Positions 1 through 12,717 of a DNA stretch of 64,000 nt are shown here, piece after piece; the stretch's first letter is position 1, and each line of letters begins with the position of its first letter. The notes beneath the pieces were generated by a model. It was not told where the DNA came from. It made no database searches and was given only the letters and a program-made list of their open reading frames with translations. The DNA lies in the NCBI GenBank assembly GCA_963777605.1, contig CAVZRV010000015.1, forward strand, positions 32,001 through 96,000, in the 5' to 3' direction. The position numbers and the translations under genes are program-made. The stretch comes from an uncultured Acidobacteriota bacterium (GTDB lineage: Bacteria > Acidobacteriota > UBA6911 > RPQK01 > JAPXNP01).

Positions 1-11
1 ACGACCGGAAA

Positions 12-434
12 TCAACGGGTCGGCATGTCCGCGACCTGGAGTCGAGCCACCGCCGACTCCCACATCTGGAGAGCCCGCCGATAGTGGTCCTCTTCCCCCT
101 TTGCCCGCAAAAGCGCCTCGGCCTTCAGCTTCTCTTCCTGGGCCCGATTGACGTCAATCTCGCCCGGTCGTTCGGCAACCTCGGCCAGGATCGACACCTG
201 GCCCGGAAGAACCTCAGCAAAACCCCAGCCGCAGTAGAACCGCTCTCGAGAGGCTCCTTTTCGGTAGGTGATCACGCCGATTTTGAGCTCGGTCAACAAC
301 GCGGCATGCCCAGGCAGGACACCAAGATAGCCGTTCAGGCCAGGAATTGAGACCTCATCCACTTCGCCGTCAAAGATCTGGCGCGATGGGGTGACGATCT
401 CCAGGTTCAGTTTCTCGGGCAACTTTTCCGCCAT
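12..434 (-). CDS. atpC: F0F1 ATP synthase subunit epsilon
   Basis: LEIVTP...G.LGVLPGHA motif, 140 aa, directly downstream of atpD. Confidence 0.95.
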   Translation of the reverse strand: MAEKLPEKLNLEIVTPSRQIFDGEVDEVSIPGLNGYLGVLPGHAALLTELKIGVITYRKGASRERFYCGWGFAEVLPGQVSILAEVAERPGEIDVNRAQEEKLKAEALLRAKGEEDHYRRALQMWESAVARLQVADMPTR

Positions 435-435
435 C

Positions 436-2736
<2,301 letters not shown>

Positions 2737-2754
2737 AACTGCATCTCCGCCGGC

Positions 2755-4287
2755 CTAGGAAGCCGCTGCAACTGCACGCTTTTCGGCATAGCGTTCCTTG
2801 AATTCCTTGAGCGCCTCGTTCAGCTTCTGTCGAATCTCGTCGGTGAACTGATGTTTCTCTCGGATCTCCTGGACCAGCCCGGCATGAGCCGATTCCATGT
2901 ACTCGTAGAGCTCGCCCTCGAAGACGCGGATCTCGGACACGTCGAGGTCGTCGAGATATCCCTCGGTTCCGGCGAAAATCGCGATGATCTGTCGTTCCAC
3001 CTCAAGGGGCTGATATTGGGGCTGCTTGAGTAACTCAGTCAGCCTGGCACCCCGAGCCAGCTGCCGCTGGGTGGCTTTGTCCAGATCGGAACCGAACTGC
3101 GCGAACGCCGCCAATTCGCGATACTGGGCCAATTCCAGCCTGAGCCGGCCCGCCACCTGTTTCATGGCCTTCACCTGGGCCGAACCTCCGACCCGGCTTA
3201 CTGAGTAACCGACGTTGATGGCAGGACGAATGCCGGAGTGAAAGAGATCGGTTTCAAGAAAGATCTGACCGTCCGTGATCGAAATGACGTTGGTCGGGAT
3301 GTAGGCGGAAATGTCTCCCGCCTGAGTTTCAATAATGGGAAGCGCCGTCAGGCTCCCGCCGCCCTTTTCGTCATTCAGCTTGGCCGCTCTTTCGAGAAGC
3401 CGGCTGTGCAGGTAGAAGACATCCCCCGGATAAGCCTCGCGCCCTGGCGGACGCCTCAGGAGCAGCGAGATCTCGCGGTACGCCGCTGCATGCTTGGAAA
3501 GATCGTCGTAAATGATCAGAGCATGCTGCCCGTTGTCGCGGAAATACTCACCAATGGCACACCCCGCATAGGGAGCCAGATACTGCATGGTCGCCGGGTC
3601 GGACGAAGCCGCCGATACCACAACGCAGCGATCCATGACGCCGTATTCCTCGAACGTCTTGACCACACGGGCGACGGTCGAGCGCTTCTGGCCGATTGCC
3701 ACGTAGATGCAGTAAACGTCGGTGTTCTTCTGGTTGATGATGGTATCAATGGCAATGGCACTCTTGCCGGTCTGCCGATCGCCGATAATCAACTCTCGCT
3801 GACCGCGTCCAATCGGGATCATCGAATCGACTGCCTTCAGCCCGGTCTGCAAGGGCTCTCGAACCGGCTGGCGGTCAACGACACCCGGAGCCAGCCGCTC
3901 GACCGAATAGTACTCTTCGGCCGCGATAGGTCCTTTTTCGTCCTGGGGTTTTCCGAGCGAATCCACCACTCGGCCAAGCAGCGCGGGTCCCACAGGAACC
4001 TGCATGATCCGCTTGGTCCTCTTAACCAGATCCCCTTCGCAGACTAAGTATATCTCTCCGAAAAGAACCGCTCCCACACTGTCTTCTTCCAGGTTCAGCG
4101 CCAAACCGTAAACGTTGTGAGGGAACTCGAGCAGCTCCAGTGCCATGGCCTTGTCCAGGCCATGGACACGGGCAACGCCGTCACCGGCCGAGATGACGGT
4201 TCCGACTTCGCTTACGACCAGCTCGCTCTTGTAGTCCTTGATCTGCTGCCTGATTATTTCACTGATTTCGTCTGCCTTAATCGCCAT
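2755..4287 (-). CDS. atpA: F0F1 ATP synthase subunit alpha
   Basis: GDRQTGKS Walker [23 protein letters not shown]. Confidence 0.97.
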   Translation of the reverse strand: MAIKADEISEIIRQQIKDYKSELVVSEVGTVISAGDGVARVHGLDKAMALELLEFPHNVYGLALNLEEDSVGAVLFGEIYLVCEGDLVKRTKRIMQVPVGPALLGRVVDSLGKPQDEKGPIAAEEYYSVERLAPGVVDRQPVREPLQTGLKAVDSMIPIGRGQRELIIGDRQTGKSAIAIDTIINQKNTDVYCIYVAIGQKRSTVARVVKTFEEYGVMDRCVVVSAASSDPATMQYLAPYAGCAIGEYFRDNGQHALIIYDDLSKHAAAYREISLLLRRPPGREAYPGDVFYLHSRLLERAAKLNDEKGGGSLTALPIIETQAGDISAYIPTNVISITDGQIFLETDLFHSGIRPAINVGYSVSRVGGSAQVKAMKQVAGRLRLELAQYRELAAFAQFGSDLDKATQRQLARGARLTELLKQPQYQPLEVERQIIAIFAGTEGYLDDLDVSEIRVFEGELYEYMESAHAGLVQEIREKHQFTDEIRQKLNEALKEFKERYAEKRAVAAAS

Positions 4288-4314
4288 CGTTAAGCCTCTG
4301 CTCTCAGTAATCGT

Positions 4315-4851
4315 TTAGTAGGACAGCTCCTGCCGCAGCTGCTCCAGTTCAGTTCGAATCGAACCGTCGAAAACGGTAGAACCCATCTGCAATTTGAGTC
4401 CTCCGATCAATTCGCCATCTTGCTGATACTCGAGCCGAATTTCTTTGCCTGTCACGGCGGACAATGTGTCCATGAGCCGGGCTCGAATCTTTTCGGAAAG
4501 CCCAACCGCGGAAACAACGTCGACCCGAACCACTCCGGCGGAATCATCCATAATCTGTTGGTAAGCCTCGACGACCTCTCCCAATTGCCTCATGCGGCTG
4601 CGCTCAGTCAACAGCAGCAGAACGTTTACAACGATCGGAGTCAGGCTGAGCCGCGAAGAGACCTCCCTGACTACATTCTGCTTCAGCTGGAGGGGAAATG
4701 CCGGGTTGGCCAATGCCTGGAGCAACTCCGCGGATTTTGCGAGCGTCGTGGAGAACTTCTCCAGATCGCTACCCGCGGAACGAGCCACGCCCATCTCCTC
4801 GGCGACATCCGCAAGTGCTCGCGCGTATTTGACAGAAGTTGACGAGATCAT
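4315..4851 (-). CDS. atpH: F0F1 ATP synthase subunit delta
   Basis: KYARAL N-terminus, LIGG...DGSIR C-terminus, operon position. Confidence 0.92.
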   Translation of the reverse strand: MISSTSVKYARALADVAEEMGVARSAGSDLEKFSTTLAKSAELLQALANPAFPLQLKQNVVREVSSRLSLTPIVVNVLLLLTERSRMRQLGEVVEAYQQIMDDSAGVVRVDVVSAVGLSEKIRARLMDTLSAVTGKEIRLEYQQDGELIGGLKLQMGSTVFDGSIRTELEQLRQELSY

Positions 4852-5435
4852 CAGGATGGTTTCCTTTCGCTGTCAGTTCGGAGTTTCTCGAAGAAATTCT
4901 CGATGATCCGATCGTGGGAATCAGCGTCAAGCTGACGCCTGACCTGCTCCTCGGCCAACTTCACAGCCAGGTCTGCCGCGTAGGATCGCAACTCCTGGCG
5001 GGCAACTTTGCTCAGCCCTTCGATCTCCCGGCCGGCCGCCGCCAGGATCTTCTCCGCTTCCTGCTCGGCCATTCTCAGTATCCGGTTCTTTTCGGCTTCG
5101 GTATCGGCCCGCGCCTGTTTCCGAATCGACTCGATTTCTCCGTCAAGGTCCTTGAGACGAGCCTCGGCTTCGGCCAACTTGCGCTGGGCTTCCTCCCGAG
5201 CCTGGCGGGCGGCGTCCATTTCCCGCTTGATTTCGTCGCGGCGGGATCTGAAAAACCGGGCAATCGGCACACGGGTGAAATACACAATCGTGCCGAAAAG
5301 AACAAAAAGATTGAACCAGCGCCCCAGCGTTTGAACCCATCCCCAACCCTCGGGACCAGCCTCGGCAGCCAGGGCGGAGATTGGGATCACACAGGCCAGC
5401 GCCAACATCAGCAGAACGGTTATTGTTCGTCTCAC
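4851..5435 (-). CDS. atpF: F0F1 ATP synthase subunit b
   Basis: N-terminal leader plus TM helix (NLFVLFGTIVYF), then an Ala/Glu/Arg-rich coiled coil, upstream of atpH. Confidence 0.88.
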   Translation of the reverse strand: MRRTITVLLMLALACVIPISALAAEAGPEGWGWVQTLGRWFNLFVLFGTIVYFTRVPIARFFRSRRDEIKREMDAARQAREEAQRKLAEAEARLKDLDGEIESIRKQARADTEAEKNRILRMAEQEAEKILAAAGREIEGLSKVARQELRSYAADLAVKLAEEQVRRQLDADSHDRIIENFFEKLRTDSERKPS

Positions 5436-5501
5436 CAGATCTTCCCGTTGTTCGGCAGTGGATGAACCCTTGGCCTCATCGAGCCACGGAATCGTTTCCA
5501 G

Positions 5502-5924
5502 TTAGGACTTTTTCAGGACTCGGGAAGCGATCATTCGGGCCACTTCTTCTGCAGTCGGTCCCAGTTCCTTCCTGACCGCCTCTACTTCGGCTTCAAGGTT
5601 GAGCCGAGCCTTCTTTAGTCGGGCTTCGGTCTCGTCGCGTGCCTGAGTCACTCGTTCCTGTCGGGCGGCAAGCGCCTCCTTGCGGATCTGCTCCGCCACT
5701 TGATATGCCTCCTGTCGGGCCTCTCTCGTCTTCGCGTCACAACTGGCTTCGAGAGCATCCCGCTGTTCGAGCGTACGCTCGGCACCAGCCAGCGTCCCAA
5801 CGCTCAAAACCTTGCGTTCGTCGAGTACGCGGAGGAGCGGTCGAAACAGCAACGAATTCAGGGCCCAAAGAGTTGCGAGGAAGATGAGCGAGGAAGCCAG
5901 CAGAGTCCAGTCGAGCGTCAGCAT
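5502..5924 (-). CDS. F0F1 ATP synthase subunit b' (second b-type subunit)
   Basis: TM helix, LNSLLFRPL...LDER, coiled coil; first gene of the atp operon. Confidence 0.85.
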   Translation of the reverse strand: MLTLDWTLLASSLIFLATLWALNSLLFRPLLRVLDERKVLSVGTLAGAERTLEQRDALEASCDAKTREARQEAYQVAEQIRKEALAARQERVTQARDETEARLKKARLNLEAEVEAVRKELGPTAEEVARMIASRVLKKS

Positions 5925-6099
5925 AAGAAGACTGAATTACTAGCAGATTTCCTCCAAGAGATCAAGAATTCGAGTTACCCTGGGGCAGCTATCAGGGTTC
6001 GAAATCCTCCGCACCCGGGCTGTGCTAAACTACGTTTTCTCATGTCCCGCAAGGGGTCGCCGGTCACGGCGTACTCCCGATAGAGAGGAATTTGGAAGC

Positions 6100-6567
6100 A
6101 TGGCAAAATCGGACAAGGCAACTGAGGTTGAGAACACGACTCCAACAGTGACCGAAAAGGTCCCTCTCGTTCCGTTCAAAGTTGTGGCGTCGGGAATTCC
6201 CTTCTTCTCGGACAAAGAATGCACGCAGCAGGTTCCGGACGCATCCATCGTCATCCTGCAGACGCTGGACCCGTCTGACGAAATCCAGGAACTTGACATC
6301 GTCCCGAGTACCAAGACATACCAGGTCGGCGACTACGTGACCCTCGCATTCGATAACAAGAAGATCTGGGAAGACTGCTACTACCGGGATCCGGAGAGCG
6401 GAGAAATCGCGAGAGCCTTTCGCATTCACGTAAATTTCATCGGTGAGCGGCTTTCCAGCCAGGCTGTCGAAGAGGACCGCGCCCGAATCACCGATCTGGA
6501 AAAGGGCGTGCAGGCCAAGATCGAAGAACTCGCACAACGCAGCGCCGGCAGCCCCCCGGTGAACTGA
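6100..6567 (+). CDS. hypothetical protein (155 aa, acidic), divergent from the atp operon
   Basis: Clean ORF with coding-like codon usage; GAGG/GGA purine tract before the ATG at 6100. Confidence 0.7.
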   Translation: MAKSDKATEVENTTPTVTEKVPLVPFKVVASGIPFFSDKECTQQVPDASIVILQTLDPSDEIQELDIVPSTKTYQVGDYVTLAFDNKKIWEDCYYRDPESGEIARAFRIHVNFIGERLSSQAVEEDRARITDLEKGVQAKIEELAQRSAGSPPVN

Positions 6568-6636
6568 TCCAGGGAAAACTGAACTGGGACGTCACTTCCA
6601 AGAGCGCTCATGCAGCGCGAAGTGACCAGGCGCCGG

Positions 6637-6688
6637 ATCATGCAGAGAATGAAACCTGGCTCAAATTGACCCTCTCTGCGTGCAGCAC
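6637..6688 (+). repeat. dispersed intergenic motif, copy 1 (ATCATGCAGAGAATGAAACC ... CTCTGCGTGCAGCAC)
   Basis: 17/20 identity to the 20-mers at 14641-14660 (reverse) and 31892-31911; second block shared with 31984-31999. Confidence 0.5.
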
Positions 6689-6765
6689 CAACCTCTTGAA
6701 CGCACCCCTCGCCAGGAACTTAACCCGTCCAGTTTTTCCAAGTCTTCGTTTATCCAACTGAGATT

Positions 6766-8022
6766 TCAGATTACCGTGTCCGAGGGAATCTGAGCGTTTT
6801 TCGGGATGATGACGATACCGTCTCGGACGTAATAGTTCTCGCCGTCGTAGTTCTTGAGTTGGCGTTTATTGACGATGCGGACGTTCGCCCCGATCCGGGC
6901 ATTCTTGTCGATAATGGCTCCATCGACAACACATCCGGAACCGATCCCGACCGCCGGGTTCCCCTGCGGTTCGTCTTCGTAGAAGTCCGCTCCCAGCATC
7001 AACGTCCGGCTCAACTCGACGTTCTCGCGAATCACGCTGCGGATGCCGATCACCGACTCCGTAATCCGGGAACCGAAGATCTCACAACCCTCAGAAATAA
7101 TTGTCCGACTCAGGAGACAGTTCTGTACGTGGCTCGCAGGAAGAAACCGGGGGTGCGAGTAAATCGGTGCGTCCGCCGAGTAGAAGCTGAACTTGGGATT
7201 GTCGGCAGTCAGGTCCAGATTGGCCCGATAGAAGGCATCGATGGTTCCGATGTCTTCCCAGTAACCATCGAAAACATAACCGTAGACATTGTACTTCGGC
7301 AGGGAGGACGGAATGATGTCCTTTCCGAAATCCATCTTCGGATCCTCGTCCAGCACCCTCACCAGGGCTTCAGTATTGAAAAGGTAGATCCCCATGGACG
7401 CCATCAGGCTGCGCTCCTCGGTCACGCCACGGTGCTTCCAGGATTCGACATCGATCTTGAGCGAATCCACCAGCTCGGGATCCTGAGGCTTTTCGCAGAA
7501 CCTCGTGATCCGCCCTGAGGTCTCCATCTTGAGGATGCCGAGTTCAGAGGACTGGCTGGCCGTAACCGGCAGGACACAAAGGCTGACGTCGGCACCGGTT
7601 TTCAGGTGGTCCTCGAGCAGTTTCCGGTAATCCATTCGATAAAGGTGATCACCCGAAAGGATCAGGATGTGCTTGGGCCGGTAGGTCAGGATGTGGCGCA
7701 GAGATTGCCGCACCGCATCAGCCGTCCCCTGGTACCACATGACACTCTCGGGAGTCTGTTCGGCCGCGAGGATGTCCACGAACCCCTGAGAGAACATGCC
7801 GAAGCGATACGTCTGGGTAATGTGCCGGTTGAGCGATTCTGAATTGTACTGAGTGAGAACGAAAATCCGGTTAATCTCCGAGTTGATGCAGTTGCTGATG
7901 GGGATATCCACCAACCGGTATTTCCCCCCCAGCGGCACCGCAGGCTTGGACCTGATCAGCGTAAGAGGAAACAATCGACTGCCTTTGCCGCCGCCCAATA
8001 CGATCCCAATGATCTCTTTCAC
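6766..8022 (-). CDS. glgC: glucose-1-phosphate adenylyltransferase
   Basis: LGGGKGSRLFPLT..RSKPAVP.GGKYRL, WYQGTADAVRQ, C-terminal beta-helix repeats. Confidence 0.95.
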   Translation of the reverse strand: MKEIIGIVLGGGKGSRLFPLTLIRSKPAVPLGGKYRLVDIPISNCINSEINRIFVLTQYNSESLNRHITQTYRFGMFSQGFVDILAAEQTPESVMWYQGTADAVRQSLRHILTYRPKHILILSGDHLYRMDYRKLLEDHLKTGADVSLCVLPVTASQSSELGILKMETSGRITRFCEKPQDPELVDSLKIDVESWKHRGVTEERSLMASMGIYLFNTEALVRVLDEDPKMDFGKDIIPSSLPKYNVYGYVFDGYWEDIGTIDAFYRANLDLTADNPKFSFYSADAPIYSHPRFLPASHVQNCLLSRTIISEGCEIFGSRITESVIGIRSVIRENVELSRTLMLGADFYEDEPQGNPAVGIGSGCVVDGAIIDKNARIGANVRIVNKRQLKNYDGENYYVRDGIVIIPKNAQIPSDTVI

Positions 8023-8246
8023 GCGAACGATTCTAACAGCAAGTACCGGCTATTTCGACGACATTGCGGTAGGAAGGGGACGGCGTTTCGGGTTTCGCGT
8101 CTTGGGAATCGCGTCGAGGGCGCAGGCGCAATCAGGACATCGGCGAAGTCGGCCGGCGGCGTGGGGGTCGAAGATTGCGCCGGGCAGGAGCCGTCTAAAC
8201 CAAAGATCCGAAGCTCGTGCCTGTCCGCGGAACCCCTGTTTTCTAC

Positions 8247-9281
8247 TCAAGAAGGGACACAATTCCCGATCCGCCGCAGGGCCCAATCTGCGTGTTCTTC
8301 GACCTGTGTGTCTCCTGATTCGGACAGGACCTTGAGACGCGGGATGAACTCCGGCCGCCGGCTATTCCCCATGGCCACGGCAACATTTCGCAGGAACCCT
8401 TGCCACTTTGCACGCATCACCGGGGTCCCGCCGAAACGTGCCAGGAATCCGTCTGCATCGAGAAGGGAAAGGCTGTCGAGGTCGAACTCGGAACTTCGAG
8501 GCTTGAACTCGGGATCACCTTCGACGCCGAACTTCCGATTCCAGGGACAGACGTCCTGGCAAATGTCACAACCGAAGACGAGGTTTCCCATGCCGGCGCG
8601 AAGTTCCTCGGGGATCGCCGAGCGAAGTTCAATCGTCAGGTAGGAGATGCATCGGCGGGCATCGAGTTGGTAGGGGGCGACGATAGCCTGGGTAGGACAG
8701 GCGTCGATGCATCGCGTGCAGCTACCACAGAAATCAGGAACAGGAGCATCCGGCTCGATCTCTTTGTCAATCAACACTTCCCCGATAAAGAACCAAGAGC
8801 CGCGCTTTCTCGAAATCAGGTTGGTGTGCTTCCCAATCCAGCCCAAACCCGCCCTCTGAGCCCAGACCTTCTCCAAAACCGGTCCCGCGTCGGAGAATTT
8901 CCGGAAGCTGCTCCCGGGCACAGACGGCTGCAGCGACTCGATGAACCGGGCGAGCCGCTTTCGGAAGACCTTGTGATAGTCCCGGCCCTGGGCATACTTC
9001 GAAATCGCTCCCTGGGACGGCTCTCCGACCGGGGGCTCCATGCCGGGATAGTAGTCAATCGAAAGAGAGATGATCGACTGCGCACCCGGGAGCAATAGAT
9101 CGGGACGGAGTCGCTTGTCGGCGTTGCGCTCCATATACGCCATCTCGCCATGCCGCCCTTCGGCCAACCAGGAGAGGTAGCCCTCTCCGTCGAGGCTCTC
9201 GGCTCGGCTGACCCCGACATCACTAAAACCGAATCGGCGGGCAAGCCGCTGAATCAGCGCCTTCAGATCTCGCGACTCCAA
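8247..9281 (-). CDS. queG: tRNA epoxyqueuosine(34) reductase
   Basis: YAQGRDYH, AGLGWIGK, CGSCTRCIDACPT, CISYLTIE, GCDICQDVCPWN. Confidence 0.95.
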   Translation of the reverse strand: MESRDLKALIQRLARRFGFSDVGVSRAESLDGEGYLSWLAEGRHGEMAYMERNADKRLRPDLLLPGAQSIISLSIDYYPGMEPPVGEPSQGAISKYAQGRDYHKVFRKRLARFIESLQPSVPGSSFRKFSDAGPVLEKVWAQRAGLGWIGKHTNLISRKRGSWFFIGEVLIDKEIEPDAPVPDFCGSCTRCIDACPTQAIVAPYQLDARRCISYLTIELRSAIPEELRAGMGNLVFGCDICQDVCPWNRKFGVEGDPEFKPRSSEFDLDSLSLLDADGFLARFGGTPVMRAKWQGFLRNVAVAMGNSRRPEFIPRLKVLSESGDTQVEEHADWALRRIGNCVPS

Positions 9282-9766
9282 TTCAGTCCTTCCATCCGCT
9301 TAACAATTCCCTCCAGGAACTGCTGGTCAACAGCATCAAAAGCTCCAGGCCGCTCGGAATCGAGGTCGAAAACAGCCTGCAGCCGGCCACCTTTATCGAA
9401 TACCGGGAGGACGATCTCGGACCGGGACCTGGTGTCACAGGCGATGTGACCGGGAAACTCGTGGACGTCTGGAACGAGTACAGTTTTCTCTTCCCGGGCA
9501 CATATTCCGCAGACGCCTCTCTCAAACGGAATCCTCAGGCAGCCGAGCGTCCCCTGGTAAGGCCCGATTACCAGCTCGCGGCCCTGCGCGCGATAGAACC
9601 CGACCCAGAGGAAGTCAAAGGCATGGTAGACAAGGCAGGACAGCGTCGCCATCCAGAGGACCGGCTCATCCTCCTCCGCAAGGACGGCATCGACCTCGCC
9701 GAGGAGCTCCTGATATCGCGCGGCCTTGTTGCTCGCCGGCACCGATTTTCTGTCATCCGAAACCAC
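9263..9766 (-). CDS. msrC: GAF-domain protein, free methionine-R-sulfoxide reductase (MsrC/YebR)-like
   Basis: WVGFY, GPYQG..GC.RI.F.RGVCG, HIACD.RSRSEIV.P, DLDS motifs. Confidence 0.8.
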   Translation of the reverse strand: MVSDDRKSVPASNKAARYQELLGEVDAVLAEEDEPVLWMATLSCLVYHAFDFLWVGFYRAQGRELVIGPYQGTLGCLRIPFERGVCGICAREEKTVLVPDVHEFPGHIACDTRSRSEIVLPVFDKGGRLQAVFDLDSERPGAFDAVDQQFLEGIVKRMEGLNWSREI

Positions 9767-9769
9767 TTT

Positions 9770-10264
9770 CTAGTCCTCACTGGCCTGGGCGAGGCGATAC
9801 TCCCGGCGCTTCAGGGCAGCTTCGGACCTACGCTCTTCTTCAGGGTTCTTGGGAATCAAAGGAGGAACTGCGCTTGGCCTGCCAGCCGTGTCAATCGCCA
9901 CAAAGGTCAGGTAGGCCGAACAAGTCCGTTTCTGAACCCCGGTCAACGGGTTCTCCGAGCGAACTTCCACCTGCACCTCCATCGAAGTTCGGAATGCCCG
10001 CGTAATCACTGCTTCCAGGAGCATCAATTGCCCGACCTTGACCGGGTGGAGAAACCGGACGGAATCGACCGAGACCGTGACCACCGGCTTGCGACAGTGG
10101 CGAAATGCGGCGATCGCCCCGGTCAAGTCAATTTCGTGCATTACCTTGCCGCCGAGAACATTTCCATGAGTGTTGGCATCGTTCGGCAGAACCAGTTGAG
10201 TCATCGTTGTCCGGGACTCTCCGACCGTCTTTCCTTCCAAGGCATCCCTCCTGTCAACCGGCAC
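9770..10264 (-). CDS. acyl-CoA thioesterase (hotdog fold, YciA-like); true start may lie slightly downstream
   Basis: P.DAN.HGN..GG, VTVSVD...FL.PV.VG, TSMEV, AYLTFVAID. Confidence 0.9.
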   Translation of the reverse strand: MPVDRRDALEGKTVGESRTTMTQLVLPNDANTHGNVLGGKVMHEIDLTGAIAAFRHCRKPVVTVSVDSVRFLHPVKVGQLMLLEAVITRAFRTSMEVQVEVRSENPLTGVQKRTCSAYLTFVAIDTAGRPSAVPPLIPKNPEEERRSEAALKRREYRLAQASED

Positions 10265-10418
10265 CAGTCACCTGTCGGCCCTTCCAGCTGTGAGCTCTCA
10301 TCACCCCGGATTCCTCATTATAACGATCACTTCTCTCATCGGCCGACTATCATTGAGCCTTCGGGAACAACTACCTGCTCTTAACACCCTCGCATGGGTG
10401 TGGTACCTTCGCAGTACG

Positions 10419-10934
10419 ATGACGATCGGCGATCCCAACGTAATGACGGCCATGGTGTTTTGCATGATCGGGTTTCTGGTGCTCCAGACGATTGCGCTAC
10501 TTGTCGCGTTGATCCGCGTCACCAGCAGAGTGCGCCAGACAGAAGCAGCGGTCGTGCGGATGGCCGAGATCGTTCGCGATCGGCTGAAGAAAACCCATCA
10601 GACCCTGGAACGACTTGCCTGGATGAACGAGCGGATGCCGATCATTGAAGAGCGCTCGAACGCCTTCCTGGATGCTGGCGGTAATCGCCTCAACCAGTTC
10701 GATGCCAAGGTCGGAGAGACGATCCAGAAAGCCACAGCGCGGGTCGAGGACTCTGGCCGAAAGTTGGAATACGGTCTGGCCCAATTCAACCGGCAAACCA
10801 CTCAACTCATCCGGGATTTCCACTACCCGGCGAGGCACGCCTCCGCGGTCCTGAAGGGCATCAGCGCCGGGATCAAAGCCTGGCGGCAGAAAGGGTCGGA
10901 GATTCCGCTCCAAGACGAAGAGGAATTCATTTGA
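10419..10934 (+). CDS. hypothetical membrane-anchored coiled-coil protein
   Basis: One N-terminal TM helix followed by a helical region; start uncertain (10419 or 10443). Confidence 0.6.
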   Translation: MTIGDPNVMTAMVFCMIGFLVLQTIALLVALIRVTSRVRQTEAAVVRMAEIVRDRLKKTHQTLERLAWMNERMPIIEERSNAFLDAGGNRLNQFDAKVGETIQKATARVEDSGRKLEYGLAQFNRQTTQLIRDFHYPARHASAVLKGISAGIKAWRQKGSEIPLQDEEEFI

Positions 10935-11634
10935 TCCCGCGGATTCGTTTCGAGGTTGAGTCTGTCAGCAGCAAGAGTGCATCCACGAGGGTATTGATCG
11001 ATGACGACTGAAACTGCTTCAGGCTGATCGCTTCAGGAGCAGGGTTCAAAAAGTAATCGAGAAGCCGAAGATTCAACTCCCGGCAGATTTTGCGGGATTC
11101 CAGAAGAAAGAGAGACCACTGAATCGCCGGATCGCGACTGGCGGAGAGTTTCAGAATGTAGGTCGATGAGTAGCCTTCAACGAAGTAGCTGTTGAAGACA
11201 TCCTTCAGGTCCTTGGTCGAGATTCGAAGCTCCCGGACGAATTCCCGCGACGACTCCGACTCCCCCTCGGGACCCATTGCCGGCCCATTCATAACGAGTT
11301 CATTGAGCCTTCGGATCGCCTCCAGTATGTAGCCCATCCGATCGACGACGGCCTGAGGATCGGGGGCGACGAGAAAACGATCCCGATTCAGCTTGTTGTG
11401 GTAAATAAAAGTGAGATTGTGCCGAACGATCGATTGGAATTGCGCGTCTGTGAAGGTTTCAAGGCGGTCCGGCTTGAAAGGCTGAAGCGATGCGGTATCG
11501 AGCGACTCAAAGGAAATGGAAAGAATACTCTCCTCGAAAGCGGCGTCTGAACCAGGCCGTGCTTCAACAGCCCAGAGCATGCAACCGGCCAGAAGAAAAC
11601 TCAATGAGGAAAGGACCAGCCTCTTGAGAAGCAA
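10927..11634 (-). CDS. hypothetical exported protein
   Basis: 235-aa ORF with a signal-peptide-like N-terminus and no recognisable family motif. Confidence 0.6.
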   Translation of the reverse strand: MLLKRLVLSSLSFLLAGCMLWAVEARPGSDAAFEESILSISFESLDTASLQPFKPDRLETFTDAQFQSIVRHNLTFIYHNKLNRDRFLVAPDPQAVVDRMGYILEAIRRLNELVMNGPAMGPEGESESSREFVRELRISTKDLKDVFNSYFVEGYSSTYILKLSASRDPAIQWSLFLLESRKICRELNLRLLDYFLNPAPEAISLKQFQSSSINTLVDALLLLTDSTSKRIRGIK

Positions 11635-11752
11635 TGTGTCTGAAGTCTAAGAGAACCTCCGGTCAGCTGTCAAGGAAGAGACTGGCTCAGACGACCTCGA
11701 CTGGACGGCCCGATTGGTTCTGAACTGGGGTGAGAACCGGAGTCCGAAAACT

Positions 11753-12277
11753 ATGACTGAAATACTTAAGGCAGTGAAATTCCGCAACCTCGACGAGGCC
11801 AGGCAAGTCCTCGCTCAGGTGATCAGTCCCGCCCCTGAGATATTTGATGATGAAGGTGAGGAGCCGGGAGGACTGCTTTCGATCATCCCTGCAGACCGCA
11901 TCGGGGAAGAGGAGTTCCTCAAGCTCTTTGACGTAGGCAAGGGAGTCCTGGTTGAAGTAGAGAAGATCCCCTACTCCGGCTTGGGACCCCCAGCCGACGA
12001 ACGCGACTACATGGGTTTCGTCCACGAACGGTTGGCTTACGTCCTGAAAGGCCGGAGGCTACCCATCGAGATTGAGTCTTGCAGTTTTGGTGCGGTCGAT
12101 TTCCACCACCTCGACCTGCTCGTTCTGGATGGTGCTCACCCCATCGACAGGGAGAAGGTCGGAGTTCACTTCGGACTGGCACCCGACTGGACGTTCGACG
12201 ACCTCTTCGAACTGATCCAGGACAGAGCGGCGACGGCCCAGGAGATCGACAACGTGATCCACCGGGGCATTCACTAG
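11753..12277 (+). CDS. hypothetical protein (acidic)
   Basis: ORF with GGAG upstream of the ATG at 11753 and coding-like codon usage. Confidence 0.65.
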   Translation: MTEILKAVKFRNLDEARQVLAQVISPAPEIFDDEGEEPGGLLSIIPADRIGEEEFLKLFDVGKGVLVEVEKIPYSGLGPPADERDYMGFVHERLAYVLKGRRLPIEIESCSFGAVDFHHLDLLVLDGAHPIDREKVGVHFGLAPDWTFDDLFELIQDRAATAQEIDNVIHRGIH

Positions 12278-12548
12278 CGATCACTGTCCAAGGCCCAACC
12301 ATGGGCGACGGGTAGTAGAATGTCCTTTAACGAGGCGAGTCCTTATACTCAAGCCACTCAGTGAGGAACGACTATGAGAAAAGCGGATGGAGACGCGAAA
12401 CTCCTCCTGGCCGGTGCCTCTCCTCTGGTACGGGCAAGCCCGCCTGATCCCCATGCCGGATACCACATTCAATTCCGACCAGCATCGACTGCCAGAACCT
12501 GAAACGGTCCGGGCCCCCCCCCTTTCCTCGACTCCCTAAAAAGGTGGG

Positions 12549-12675
12549 CCCCTTCAATCTCTCCTTCCAATCCTCCCCCCCCTCTCCCCCCTTCTCCCCC
12601 CCCCCCCCCTTCTCTCTCTCCTCCTCTCCCCCCCCCCCCCTCCCTTTTTCTCTCTCCTCTCACCCCCCCCCCTTT
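12549..12675. repeat. low-complexity polypyrimidine (C/T) tract, probably a basecalling or assembly artifact
   Basis: About 125 bp of almost pure C/T with long C runs, unlike the rest of the window. Confidence 0.85.
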
Positions 12676-12717
12676 GAAGCTCTTGAAGCGTTTCTTGGCA
12701 CTCTATAGCGAATCTTA

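Noticed and set aside
5975-6030. GGTTCGAAATCC resembling a tRNA T-loop (also GGTTCAATCC at 14621)
   Set aside because: No acceptor, D or anticodon stems can be built around either.
12372-12663. Gly/Glu/Arg-rich minus-strand ORFs
   Set aside because: Simple translations of the C/T low-complexity tract.
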